Positions 1-12,725 of a stretch of DNA of 64,000 nucleotides are shown in pieces; the stretch's first letter is position 1, and the number at the start of each line of letters is the position of its first letter. This DNA is from Trichosphaerium sp. ATCC 40318 (Eukaryota; Protista; Tubulinea). The position numbers and the translations under genes were made by a program. The notes beneath the pieces were generated by a model. The model saw nothing but the letters and a program-made list of their open reading frames with translations. It was not told the DNA's origin and made no database searches. The stretch is taken from NCBI GenBank assembly GCA_038496445.1, contig JALMLS010000257.1, positions 1 through 64,000 on the forward strand, in the 5' to 3' direction.

Positions 1-963
1 CTTGTGTGGCGCTATTTATAAATCGTTTTCATCTCTTCAAATTGCGTATTTTGATACCATGATAACTAAAGTACTCTCAAACAACTTTTGTGAGTACTTT
101 TTTCAAAACAAGTTTTTTTTTGACAACATCTTTAACACTTCATAACTACCATAACGTTACAAATTGTCTGGTTTTCTATTGTTATTGAGTTATCTTATAA
201 TTTATGTATACGCTCTTTAAACCTATTTCCTTTACATTGTGTTTTATGATTGTTACTAACTCTCTTTTTTTTCCAAGACCAAACTACCCTTACAGTGAGC
301 GTGAATACTTTCTTTCATCAAAAGGAGCATCTGGGAGTGTACCTGCTTTTCTTCGAGTTAAGCACTATAAGATAAGACCAAATGATGTTGGATTTCCAGA
401 AAAGCTACCTAACCCGCATGAAGACCAAACTGGTATTTTGAATCAACACTTACTCTTTCCTTCTTTTTTTTCTTACAGTTTTTTTTTTTTGCAGAGGACA
501 ATAAAGATGTTGAACGTCAAGTTGTATTTGAACTAGCTGATATTATGAAAAAAAACATGGCCGCATATCCAACAACATTAGAGGTACAAACATGATACTA
601 GCATACAAAAAAAAACAAAAAAAAAACATCTTTGTGTTGATTTCGTTCGTTTCTCAATCAAGAGAATGCCTTACCTGTATTGTTTTTTAATGTGCTTACA
701 TACTGTAGGAAGATTTAGAATTATTAAAGCGAGATGACTTACCTGAACGTCAATATTTAGCTGTAGTTGCTAGACTTTCTGAAAAGGTAAAAATGGGTTT
801 TTTCATCGAATTTTTATATTTTATCACCATTCGCTAAGCCGAGCTAAAATTAATATAGCTTGCTTTGAAATCTGCTCAAAAAGAAGTAAATGTCCGTAAA
901 GTAAAGGAAGGCGAACAATTTTCATTCTTTGCAGACGATGATGATGAAAAAGTAGAAATGTAA
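1..963 (+). CDS. 3' part of a SET-domain lysine methyltransferase of the SETD3/Rubisco-LSMT type (substrate-binding domain), multi-exon, 5' end outside window
   Basis: Spliced exons give ...MAAYPTTLE|EDLELLKRDDLPERQYLAVVARLSEK|LALKS...EM*. This matches the YPTTLEED...R...A...RL.EK signature of the Rubisco-LSMT substrate-binding domain. GT-AG introns; stop TAA at 961-963. Confidence 0.75.
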
Positions 964-1320
964 AAAACAACTAATTATATAAACAAAACTGCTTTGTGAT
1001 CTTCATTAGTTCATCCTCTGCACCCTCTGTTGTTTACAATCCCACATATATAACGATCAGAGATTATAGAAATACTACTGTAGTTGGTCTTGCAACTGCA
1101 TTCTGAAGTTTTCTAAATAGACTCACTTTGTCAAAAGAAAAACATTTCACCTAAAATACAAAGAAATATTCATACAAGAGTAAGTACAAGTTTTGTGCTT
1201 TTTTTATTTACAAAGGATTATTTGACAATATGTGGCAATTAGGAGAGTGCAGTAAAAGTTCGAAAGAAAGAAAACCTCTCCCAAGAAGGGGTTGGTAAAG
1301 CTGAGTTGGTTTTTTTTTTC

Positions 1321-4300
1321 TCACTTTGGTTTTAGTGCACTCTCAACAAGAAACGTTAAAGGATTTCCCTTCTTAGTTGTAGGATTAATAGGTCTTGTGA
1401 TTACATGTGATCCATTCATAGGTAATCCATTATTCATAGGTAGACCACCCATAGGACGAGTCTAAATGAAACAACTGTTAGAAAAAAAATTCACCAAAAA
1501 AAAACCAAAAGAACAACAGTTCTATTCAACCTTCCCTCAGCCTCACCTCATACAAATACCTTCTATTTTATGAGATAGTATTATAAGAGGGTTGAAAGTA
1601 AGAATTTGAGTGAATAGAACTGTAAGTCATCGATCTATTTACCACGTGCTGATAATTTAATGAAAAAAAACCACAGATGTGGTGACCAATAAAAAAACAA
1701 AGCGAATAACTCTTTTGCACAGCACGTTCTGTTTTTGTAACTGTTGAATATTAAAAGTACTGTACCTGATGCGCCGGAAAAGACTTAAAAATTGGCGTAG
1801 AGATAGGTCCCAAGGTATTAATATGTGTACGTCCAGTATGTCGCATGTGTCCCATATTACGAACATTCCCAACATTCCCCACATTCCCCATAGTTCCCAT
1901 ACGTCCAAGGGTTGGTGGTATAGCTACAGGTGGTAGTATAGGTTTTGCTGGAGGTCTAACAACTTGACGTTCTTGGCTGCAAAGATTAACCAAATCCATA
2001 AAACCTACGAAACTGTAAGAAAGCAGAAAACAAAGAGAATAAAGTCGTACTGCTTGATCGTGGTGGTTCAGGTGGATTAGGTTTACGTGTTTGTTGGTGT
2101 TGGTTTTGGAGGTGCTGTTGAAGGTGTTGTGGGTGCTGTGGAGGTGTTTGCATCATTGGTGGAGGTTGTATCCGTGGAGCAGGAGGAACGCGAGGAACAT
2201 GATTTGTCCATCCACCATGAGCTCCATTGTGATGATGCTGTGTTGTTATTGAATGACTGAATCCTAGAGTCCCTAAACGAAAACACAAAGGTAAGAAAAA
2301 GGCAACCACCATACCCTCAAACCAAAAAAAAAAAGAAACAAGAAAAAAATAAGAAGAAAAAAAAATAATAGATTCTAACCTGACACTAATAAGGGGTTTA
2401 CCGCAACTACAGGATTGAGTCTTCCCATACCAGATAAAGCATGACCTCCTTGACCAGGAGGAACATACTCATCATCTGAATGAGTGTCCTTTTCTTCTTT
2501 TTTAGGCCTCCCTGTACGTCAATTAACAACCAACACATTACCATGAAAATGCTTGCAAAAAGAGTCTTACCTGGTCTCCGCCGTTTGTTCCTGGTTGAAG
2601 CACGTGGTGCAATATTACGTTGAACATTTCGTGGGCTTCTTGTAGGTACACGAGACTTCCTATACGTACAAAAATTAGGCCAAAAACTTACTTTACAAAT
2701 CAAACAAACCAAACGGATTTAAAACGGTTAAAAAAAAAATATCCACGTGCATCTCATCAACTTCTACATGATTCCCTCCTGGATTCAAAAGATCATCAAC
2801 AGAATTCCTCCTAGACTTTCGAAGTGGTCTACCACGAGAAGAGTGTCCAACAGGCGTCGTAGCATCGAACGAAGCTCGCGGTGGTATATAAGCAGTCTAC
2901 AATAGTAATAAATACAAAAAGCTGGTCTACAAAGAGAAAAAAGCCTAAAATAATAAACTATGCGTACCAAGCCATCAGCGATATCTTTACGCGGTCTACC
3001 AGGTCCTCGGCGTTTTTGTACAGTGAAAGAAGGAACCTGAGATGCATGTAGAAGCATTTCGTTTGTAGTCATAGACTCATCAAAAGAACGCTTTCTTGGT
3101 CGCCCTATTGACCAATGTAAGCTCGTTTATACTTGTAACTACAAGAAAGTGTACCTGGTCCTCGTTTTCTTACTTGAACTGGAGCATCTGTATTAACCTT
3201 TGGTTCGCTATTATTACGCGTAGCAGCACCTCTAGGATATTTTCTTGGTCGCCCTGGACCCTTTCTAAAGTAGTATGAGGTAACTGAGGTAAATACACTT
3301 TATAAAGGTATCGTACTTGACTACAACTACCTGTGGCCTGTCATCAGGACGAGGATATTTTCGTGGACGCCCTCGTCGCCTACAAGTATCCAATTAGCGG
3401 TTTTTTTCTCGAGAAGTCAAACAAAGTAAGCCATAATTAAAGAAGTACGAACCTCTTTGGTTGACTCAACTCTGGAACAGGTATTTCTTCCACAGGTGGG
3501 TTTTTAGGATATTTTCTTGGTCTACCTCTTCCACGCTTGAACGGAGGCGGTTCTTGAGCTAAACACATCGTGTAAGAACGTGCACGTTAATCATAGATTT
3601 TTACGTGAAAAAAAACTGAACTGGCTTAAACACAAGCTAACTTAAACACCTTTGCAAAAAATCGAGACGCACCCTCCTTCCCAGCTTTACGTTTTCGTCC
3701 TCCTTGTGGATCTTCTATTGTAACAGACTCATACGAAAAACAACTACAACCTTCACAGTTTTTACGACCAATGCCAAGGTGATTAGTTTCAATATGCAAA
3801 CGTCTTTGTTTCCTTGCGTCAAGTCCTTCAAATACCTCTTCACAAGAATCATAAAGACAAGCCAATTGTTCACCCTCTCTAGCATCAAATTTTGCTTTAT
3901 GTTCTTTATCCACGTGATCACGTAACTCGAAAAGATCAAAAAAAGCACAAGAGCATTTTGGATAAACACACTTATAAGGTCTATTGTTTTTGAGCATATT
4001 AACGACTCTAGCTTCTGCCATGCAAAAAAGATAGTAACCAGGTGAACAATCTGCATTATGCCATGGCTCTCTGTGTATATATGTACGTGCTGTAGATGGT
4101 GGTTCCAATATAGCATTACAATGTTCTTGACACTCAGGACATTCACCTTTAGGAAGTTTAGGTTCAATCTTCTCAGTTTTTTTTGGTGCTACTTCTTCTT
4201 TATCATTCGCCTTACTATTTCCCTTAAAATTGTCCATTAGCAATTGAAATCATACTTTATAGTGTAAATGAGTTCTAACAATTTGTACAGTCACCTCGAA

Positions 4301-6488
4301 GAGCCAGCAATGACACCAAAATAAAATAAAAAACCTATGACTTTCTAATATTTATTACCTGCGTTTCTTCATCGCTCTTAGGACCTTCACTCATCTCTTC
4401 CTTTTCCTTATAGGAATCAGACATACTACTCGCACTTTGTTTAGATGAGTAGTCAGATTCATATCCCTACAAAACAAAAAATCTAATGAACAACAGAGCG
4501 AAAGCAGTGAACAAAAACAAAAGTGTTTTGTCTTTTAATCAAAAAAAAAAATCATTAAAGAAGGATCACAGAGCAACCAATCTCAACAACCAATGATAGT
4601 ACCACCAAGCAAGGGATAACACTTATAAATAAACTTACCGATGTAACGCTATTACTACTTGATCGAGTCCTTCTGCGACGTTTTGGCAAACCAAAACTAT
4701 TCAACTTGCTACTCTTCAACAACCGTTTTTTTGCAGTCTCCTTAGCTTTTCTTGTAGTTGTCCTACGCCGCCAAATAGTATTTTTATTCTTCGCTCTAGA
4801 TGCAGTCTCTACTTGCTTTTTTTTATCAACCGTAGACCCAGAAGAACGTAAAGATAACCTACGCCTACTTCCTATAATCTCATCTGATAGATCAACATCC
4901 TCCAACGAAGAAAATTCCTGGCTTTCATCCTCTTCCTAATACCCAAAAAAAAACGCGTCAGAGAGACAAGGGAGAAACCTAATGGTTGTTGCAAAACGCC
5001 AAATTAAATCAACTTGTGTCAAGCACACTAATTTACGCCAAAGCTGGTTGATCCAAGATAATACAATGTTGATAGATAATAATTCTTCGTACCGAACTTG
5101 ATTCTTCTTCTTCTTCTGATGACTCATCCTCTGAAGATTCCACTGATTCTGAAGACGATGAAGACTCATACACAGGGTACTTTCTTGGTCTTCCTGGACC
5201 TCTCTTTTTTTTCACAGGTACCTTGAATTTAGTAAATTACATGCATTTGTGATCCCATAAAAAAATAATGATTCAACAAATCAATAAAAAAAATAAAGTC
5301 GAAGAAGCCATGTGTATAAGTTTCCAAGAAGAAATTATGAATATACACGTACAACTTTGCTCTTTTTCTTTCTAGCAGCGATCATTTTTTTCAAAGCTCT
5401 AGTTAATATCTATTAGCAGTTGATCAAAAAAAACGGAAAAAAAAATGGTTAAAAAAAAACCGTTTGGTTTTAGGGATGGTAGCAAATCTTTTTTATAATT
5501 TTAGGAACATTTTATATCAACCCTATTATATTATATAAACGCAAATAAAAAGAATTTAATACCCAAAAAAAATTGGGCAGCCCAAAAAAAAAGCACAAAG
5601 TCTTTTTTTTTCACTTCGTTAACAAAAAAAATCCGAATCACTCCACTTGCCTACTACTACCTTTATCATTTCCATTTTTTCTCATAGCATGTGAACTACG
5701 TGTGGGAACCTATCACCGATTATTTACTTACACTATCACATGTACATATCACAAAAAATCAATTTTGTCAAAAAGGACAAAAAAACGCGGAATAAAAACA
5801 AACCCGAAGAAGAAAAAAAATACGTAGTCAGGTTTTTTTGTTTCTTTTTTTTTGAGTTTACAAAAAACCGTAAATGCTTACCCGTTTCCAGTTCTTTTTT
5901 ATATACTCATATGCTTCCTCTAGAGCCTCCTGGAACATTTTATTTTTTTTCTTTGTAACAGTAAACTTTTGAAAGAACTCTTCCCATTTTTTAACTCTAT
6001 CTTTAGGATCTACCCATGCGCTATGATAGAAATAAGCGGTTTTAGAGTTTTTATCAAAAATCAAATAATTTAAAAAACATTTAAAGATAAGCACAAAACA
6101 ATTCAGATGCTATTAAAATTGCTTCCACGCGACGCAATAAATTACAACGAGTGCGTTTGTGGGTATTTTAGGAATTAGAATTTTTTTTGAGCAGCGTGAG
6201 TCTTAACTTACTAGTCGTGGCTTCCAAAAAAATATACGAGCATCAGATCGTCGCTACCTTGTTTTTGGACATTTTCGCTCGCTTCGGTGACATCAGCTCT
6301 CTAAAAATTTGATCAGCGTTTAAAAACTTCAGAACAACACCACGGCTATAGGAGTAAATACAGGGACGCTATGATGAATTCTCTGCGTATAAAAAGAGCT
6401 TTAAATCGTTAAAACGTACTCTGGCTGGCCAGTACGGATACCCGATGACTTTAACCCAGCCAAGCTCTCCAAACTCCAACGCGTTCAT
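1321..6488 (-). CDS. Multi-exon chromatin protein: N-terminal PWWP domain, many AT-hooks, C2H2 zinc fingers, Q/P-rich C-terminus
   Basis: Start exon MNALEFGELGWVKVIGYPYWPAR; later exons give FFGSHD and AWVDPKDRVKKWEEF...FQEALEEA (PWWP). RGPGRPRK/RGRGRPRKY motifs recur. Exon ~3673-4222 carries YKCVYPKC...H...H and CLYDSC...H...H fingers. The 3' end is approximate. Confidence 0.75.
1516..1623. repeat. Intronic fold-back (13-bp terminal inverted repeat plus nested inner stems), possible tiny MITE
   Basis: ACAGTTCTATTCA (1516-1528) is the reverse complement of TGAATAGAACTGT (1611-1623). Inner CTCATA/TATGAG also pair. Confidence 0.45.
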
Positions 6489-6807
6489 TCCTTTACCATA
6501 GTCCGTTTGACAGGTAACGCCTTTTCTTTGTATTTCAGCCAAATGAACAAACAGAGCCAAGAGAGAAAGTGGGGAGTAACGTTGGGGTGTTTTTGTGGTG
6601 CAAATGTGCGTGTGAGTAATGCGGAGGTGATTTTGCTTGACTCCCGTTTCTGAGATTACGAGCGTGTTATTTCGAGTTGAGCGTTACGGAATCGTCTTTT
6701 ATAGAGAAGTACGTGTGACAGAGTCAATAACAAGATCAACAAAAGCAACAGAAAAATAAAAAGGTAAAGTCAGTGTGTTAGAACTAATTTGCTGAATTTA
6801 TTCTATA

Positions 6808-8740
6808 GCGTTACAACTCTGACAGAATGCTTGGAACTTCAATGGAAATATCAGATAACTCTGGGCGTGTATTAGACAATGATTTACTTGATAGATACGT
6901 TACATATTGTTTAAATAACCTTAACTGACTGTACGTACGTTATTATTCTTGAACGTTGGCGAGGAGGAGCCAAGCGCACCTACAACATTTGGAGGACCAC
7001 CACCACGCAATACGCCTTCATCTGCAATGAGTAATTTCATTTATTGCGTCGATTGAATAACTTTATCGCTTAGAGCGCAAAAGAGGGCGTCCAGAAGAAA
7101 GCTCATCAATATCTGAAACAAAACAAGCTTGGGAGGTATGTTGTACAATCTGACGGTTATAATACAATACAACTTTAATTAAAATAGACTATTATAGATG
7201 GCAGCAGTATCAGGAAAAGAATTCTGGAAGGATTTAAAGAAAAAGGCTCACGGGAAGAAGAAAAAACCAACAACTTCAGTACGCTTACTTAAATTCTCTT
7301 ATTATGGCTTCCTTCGCCTAAATTACATCATTTTAATTTAATTACACCGCTTCGTACAAACACATGTTTAGGACTCCGTACCGCTTGATATAATTGTGGA
7401 TGGATTAACAAAATATGACTTACAAGAGTATGCTAAAGGGCTAAAAACACTTCTACAACAAGGTAAGATATTGTGACATTATATAGAGTATCTTTTTAAC
7501 CTGGTACATATATTACCAATCGTGTTATTTATAAATCAAGAATAACGTCTCCGCCCACAATAATTTTTTTTTGGACAATTCTACAAAATCTCGAAAAGTC
7601 CAAAACGTACTTGTTGTACTATCGCTTTGCGTTTTTTTCGTTTAGATAAACGATTTGTTTTGTTTTCTTGCTAATAAAACTGTTTTTAAGCTACAAATCT
7701 AACAGGAAGTGAGCAAATCGTTCCAAGGGCAAGCTGGGATATATTTTTGATGACTTTTGGATCAGATTTACGTGTAGCATGTCATAGGTTGGGTTATTTT
7801 GTTGCAAAAGGGTGCGTTGTTGTTTTGATTAAGTGTGTAGAGGCAGCTAAGGCAGTTTTATGTCGTTTAATGTTTTCCTTTTTTCTGTTTTGTTTTTGGC
7901 GTCTTCTTTGGTGTTTTGACTTATATCCCTATGCCTTTATTCGTGCATACAGTTAAAAAAGTACTGCAGAATGCTGTTGTTCTTGTTTGTTTTTTTTCTT
8001 CTTTTTTCTTTTTTTTTCGTTTGCTGTACTTCTTATTCTTCTCTTGCTTTAGTTGGTTCTTTGGTATTGTTGAGAAGACAGAGATTGAAACTTTAATGGA
8101 AATGGAGGAACCTGGTACATTTCTTCTTCGTTTGAGCACGTCAAATTCAGGTATGAAAGAAAGAAGAGCTTATGTTGTTTATGTTGTGTGAATCTTCTTT
8201 ATTTTTATTTTGTTCTTCACTTTTGTACACGCGTTTTTGACTTATTTTGTTTGAAGGTTTTGCTATTTCACGAGTGAATAGTGAAGGTAAAATAAGGCAT
8301 CATCACAATATAAGCTTTGTTGGAGACTCTGGTTATGAAATAAAATGGTACGTACACATGAATTTTTTTTTGGAAAATCCTTTAGTACACCATTCCGATC
8401 GGATTCTTGTTCTTCGCTCACATAAAATACCGTTTTTGTCTGTAGAGTAAAACCTAAGGTATTTATGTGGTCTGAGAGAACAAGAATTAGAATGATTTGA
8501 ATGATTCTAACTGAGTAGTTTTATAAAGGAAACCCGACAAAACGAAAAACAAAAGATCCGTTTTTTCAAATTTATTTTTTGGTGCTGTCTTGTACTCACG
8601 TGTTTTTTTTTTTCAGGGCCGATAATGGTAATCATACTTATCGTGATATGGATGCATTAATTAGTTCCTTAAAACATAAACTTAAATGGGCTGTAAAAGG
8701 ATCACGGTTCATGCAATATCATCATGAATTATCTGATTAA
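6808..8740 (+). CDS. SH2-domain protein, multi-exon (5' end uncertain)
   Basis: Spliced exons give WFFGIVEKTEIETLMEMEEPGTFLLRLSTSNSG|FAISRVNSEGKIRHH..., an SH2 WF.G...GTFLLR.S signature. Stop TAA at 8738-8740. Divergent from the PWWP gene. Confidence 0.75.
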
Positions 8741-9119
8741 AATTTATCACCACACGCCAAATAGAATAGTGTGATGGTTTCTTGTAAAAATAAAGACTAC
8801 TTCAGAAGTAGTTAGTTGTTGTCGAATATTAAACTTAGCATGGTTGTGAAGCTGTGAAAGTGGTTTATGGTGCTTTCAGAGCACGTGACAAGGTATTAGG
8901 GAAAAGATTGTTTTTTTTTAACCCTTAGATAAACTGGTGTTTCTTACTTCTCAATACGCATGCTGCAAGTTCGTCTTCTTTCAACCTCTTCCCTAGTTGT
9001 AGAAGGCACAACAAAACACGTACTGTTAGTCCAATCCAAGAAATCCCACGTGATTACTTTAATTGACTGCTTTAGCCAAAGCCCGAGTAACAACAAACAA
9101 CCAAAGTAATAAGTGTAAA

Positions 9120-9683
9120 ATGGACCTTATCACATTGCCAGTTGAAATAATCGTACATATTCTTCTCCGAGGAAGGTTTACGCTACGTTCAGCTCAAACA
9201 TGCCACTTTCTACATGATATCGTCCACAAGCATGTAGGATATGGCAGTATTGAAGTATCGAGCATAGATGAATTAAAAATACTTTCTGGCAGTATGCTAC
9301 TACAGAATACAGCTATTTCTTTATTTAAATTGAAACGTGTTATAAACGACAGTCACTTGCGTTTACTTACAGGTGTACACACCATCAAGTTGATTTCCTG
9401 TAAACTGATAACAGACAATGGTATCTCGGCATTGGCTGGTGTGCATACAATAAACTTATCATTTACAAATGTTACAGATGAAGGTTTGAAGGCTTTGGCT
9501 GGTGTACATACAATTAAGTTATCAGGTACTAAGATAACAGATGAAGGTTTGAAGGTTTTAGTTGGTGCACATTGTATCAGACTAAGGCATTGCAAATTCA
9601 TAACAATTGCTGGTATCAGGCTATTATCTGGAGTCCATACAGTTTACTGGGGTAAAGGAAGGGAACCGCTAGCATTGCAATAG
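9120..9683 (+). CDS. Intronless F-box + leucine-rich repeat protein (short)
   Basis: MDLITLPVEIIVHIL (F-box-like start) followed by LAGVHTIxLS.T.ITDEGLK repeats; ATG at 9120. Confidence 0.85.
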   Translation: MDLITLPVEIIVHILLRGRFTLRSAQTCHFLHDIVHKHVGYGSIEVSSIDELKILSGSMLLQNTAISLFKLKRVINDSHLRLLTGVHTIKLISCKLITDNGISALAGVHTINLSFTNVTDEGLKALAGVHTIKLSGTKITDEGLKVLVGAHCIRLRHCKFITIAGIRLLSGVHTVYWGKGREPLALQ

Positions 9684-9690
9684 TGGTTAT

Positions 9691-12041
9691 CTCTTTCCGG
9701 GTAGTAAGTTGAAAAATTATGGATAGTAAAATTTTTTAAACAGCCCAGAAACCCTCGCAATCCACTCTTGCACGTCCATAAAACCCAATGCGAGACCATA
9801 AAAGGTCATGTAAAAATAAAAATTATGGATAGTAAAATCGCGGATAGTAAAACGTTGTCAAAACTCCTTAATAATCTTCAAAAACTCATCACATACGCAT
9901 GATAAACCTGTTGCGCGAGCATCTCACTAAAAACAAAACAAAAATTACAAAAAAGAGAAAAAGAGCAACTTCAACACGTGGAACAACTAAAAAACGTAAA
10001 CTAAGCAACAAACAAAAATATTTGACAGAACTTCAAGAACAATTCAAGTACCTTCCTGAAAATGGCTGGAAGGTTCTTCCTGATAGTAAAATACATCTTC
10101 CTGAGGTTTTGTGGATATCTCGGCCTAACTATCGGAATTTTGCGCGCATAAAATCAAACACAGATGCGCGCACTTACACTCTACAAATTTATACCAATTT
10201 AATTAAAAAACATATTTGGAATCACGTGGTCAAAAAAACAGAAGCAAAGCGGAGAAAACTTATGGATCAGTTCACAGCGCAAGGCATAAAGAAAAATACT
10301 TGGTGGAACACTAAAATCAACCACAAGGAAGTTATGAAATTCATAGGAACAGTATGGCTGTGGGAGCAAAGAAGCGGAGAAAAAGAATATGAGAAAGTTT
10401 GCAACCAATTCTATGAAGCCAACCCAGATTGGTTGAAGAATAATTCCTTGTTAAGCCGAACAAGATTTTCGATACTGAAGGCTTGTTTCTCATCAGACAT
10501 TCAAGGATTATGTAACTTGTTGAGTGACGCATTTATGAGAGGTTGGTTACCAGGAGATACTTCCACAATAGATGAAACCATTTTCAAATTTTTGGGTCAA
10601 AGTCGCTATATTATGTATGTACCAGGAAAACCAAATCCAAAGGGTTTAATGATATATGTACATGCTGTATTCTCTGACAAGTATGGTAAAAAGCCTTACA
10701 TACTTGGTATCATTCCTCACTGGGGGGAATATCGTAAAGCTCCAATTTCTCCGCTAGATGCTGCAAAAAAATTAATTATAAAATTTGAACAATTTTATGA
10801 GTATACACCGCATGTGGTAATGGATTCAAGATTCATGGAGGGGCATCTGGTAAGCTGGGTAGCTGCAAACTCACAGAAGAGCAAAACTGGTGGCATTACC
10901 GCTGCTCTTCCAAGTTCACACCAGAAGGAAATATTCGAACCACTTTCATATGGCCTTCCATGCAACAGGTGGAGAATAGCAACTAACTCTGAGGGTAAGG
11001 TGGCGTCATTCATGCGTAAGAAAAATAACAAGGGTAAAATTGTTGAGTGGCGGTTGCTTGGATACGGCTGGAACACTGGTGAACCAAAACAGACTCCAAC
11101 TCCCGTGTGTTTGTCTGATTACGAAAAAATATGTGGATTATCTCGTGAAACTTTAGTTTTTTTGTCACGGAAGTGTAACGGACATGGTATTGGAAACAAT
11201 ATTGAATTAGCGCAAGAGTTGTGTGAGCTCTCACCTGAGAAAGTAATGGCATTAGTGGAGAAGAAAAGGCAGAAAGCATCTTTAGTTGAACATCATAGAA
11301 CGAGGAGTAAAAAACCAGAATTACATTGTTTTGAAGATTGCCGACACAATAGAAAAGAAGTAGAAGACAAACCGATGATACGATGCGATTACTGTGATGT
11401 ATGGTACCACTCTGAATGCCTTGATTGGGACAATAAGACGTGGAAGAGAAAAAGTAAGGCCAAAGAATGGTTCTGTGATTTGTGTCAAAAACTTTATACA
11501 AAAGTTTTAGAAGGACGTGCTCACCTGACCCCAGAAATGTTAGAAAACAAGAAAAAACCATTCTTACAAAGATATTGTAGTACGTTGGGCCTCAAACAGC
11601 AAGGAAACAGACAGGCATTGATCAACAGACTCACAAATGCAACAAATCCAGAGTGTTTACAAAATATTGACTCTCAATTGCAACATTTTTTGGGTGCTCC
11701 ACGTCGTGATAAACCTATTCTACATGACTTCTATAACCATACATTTTCAGCTATTGATAAGGCTAATCAGTTGAGTTGGTCAAACACAACATCCTGTAGA
11801 GTTACAAGTGATGAGTGCCGAATGACTTTGGGTTTGCTAAAACTGACTTTAACGTGCACACATACAATTTGTGACTATGTTCTTCAAAAAGATGCTTTGA
11901 GCTTTTCCGATTTACACTACCTTGTAGCAACACAGTTGTTTACAGGGAAACTTTTGTAAGTCATTTGAAGATAATGTAAGTTCAACCGTTGTCAATAAAA
12001 TTTTACTATCCATAATTTTTTTGGTTACTATCCATAAAGAG
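9691..12041 (+). mobile_element. Apparently intact piggyBac-related DNA transposon with imperfect ~45-bp TIRs and GTTAT direct repeats
   Basis: Left end: CTCTTTCCGGGTAGTAAGTTGAAAAATTATGGATAGTAAAATTTT. Reverse complement of right end: CTCTTTATGGATAGTAACCAAAAAAATTATGGATAGTAAAATTTT. GTTAT at 9686-9690 and 12042-12046. Extra GGATAGTAAAA copies at ~9827-9852. Confidence 0.9.
9899..11959 (+). CDS. piggyBac-family (PGBD/DDE_Tnp_1_7-like) transposase, 686 aa, with inserted PHD finger and SAP domain(s)
   Basis: Motifs LSRTRF, TIDETIFKFLG...YVPGKPNPKG (D225), VVMDSRF (D309), FYNHTFSAIDKANQ (D620). PHD C4HC3 at 11327-11485. SAP-like LQRYCSTLGLKQQGNRQALINRL. Basic N-terminal NLS-like tract; no introns. 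Confidence 0.88.
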   Translation: MINLLREHLTKNKTKITKKRKRATSTRGTTKKRKLSNKQKYLTELQEQFKYLPENGWKVLPDSKIHLPEVLWISRPNYRNFARIKSNTDARTYTLQIYTNLIKKHIWNHVVKKTEAKRRKLMDQFTAQGIKKNTWWNTKINHKEVMKFIGTVWLWEQRSGEKEYEKVCNQFYEANPDWLKNNSLLSRTRFSILKACFSSDIQGLCNLLSDAFMRGWLPGDTSTIDETIFKFLGQSRYIMYVPGKPNPKGLMIYVHAVFSDKYGKKPYILGIIPHWGEYRKAPISPLDAAKKLIIKFEQFYEYTPHVVMDSRFMEGHLVSWVAANSQKSKTGGITAALPSSHQKEIFEPLSYGLPCNRWRIATNSEGKVASFMRKKNNKGKIVEWRLLGYGWNTGEPKQTPTPVCLSDYEKICGLSRETLVFLSRKCNGHGIGNNIELAQELCELSPEKVMALVEKKRQKASLVEHHRTRSKKPELHCFEDCRHNRKEVEDKPMIRCDYCDVWYHSECLDWDNKTWKRKSKAKEWFCDLCQKLYTKVLEGRAHLTPEMLENKKKPFLQRYCSTLGLKQQGNRQALINRLTNATNPECLQNIDSQLQHFLGAPRRDKPILHDFYNHTFSAIDKANQLSWSNTTSCRVTSDECRMTLGLLKLTLTCTHTICDYVLQKDALSFSDLHYLVATQLFTGKLL

Positions 12042-12725
12042 GTTATAGCTCAAACCACTCCAAAAAACCCGAGCTATAAATAAAAAAAAACCACCGTTAT
12101 TCTACACATTACTTAGTGGGTGTAACAGGTTATACGGGCTGTTGATGTTTAGGTAGAACCTATTTAAATGTGTTTCTATTGGAAATAATGTGGTAGGACC
12201 AGTAAATTAACAATCAACTAATTTAAGTATCACACTGGGGACACATGTCAAACAGCAAAATAAAGTGTCATTCATAAAATAATACGGATGGATACTTAGT
12301 GATCTTTCAGGCGCTGTTGTACGCTATAACTAAGCCACGTGTTATTAACAAAAAGCCAAGTACGAACCTAGCCTATTTTTACCCCTTAGTCGCTGTTATA
12401 ACTCGAAATTGTTGGTATGACTCTGTACATTTTTTACTTAAACACGATTGAGTCCAAAAAACAACTAAAAAAAAACCGCTTCAAGTCACGTGGACCTGAG
12501 TAAGTCGAAATCGGTCACGACTTCCGTACAGTCGTTTAACAACTTAACAACCATTACTTTCTGTCAGCAAACGTCGTACAGCCGCTAAACGCCACATCGC
12601 ACCCACTTTAATACTGTTTTGCAGCTACAATATGTCAAGCCAAGGTCTAGTCGCCCATCAAAGGTATCATGCTAATATTGCTTTGTTTGATCATCTGACA
12701 TCCAGCTAGCACACCAATACATCTT

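Noticed and set aside
3626-4243. Stand-alone nested C2H2 gene
   Set aside because: It has a plausible acceptor (~4222) and donor (~3673) and lies on the same strand between AT-hook exons, so it is better read as an exon of the PWWP gene.
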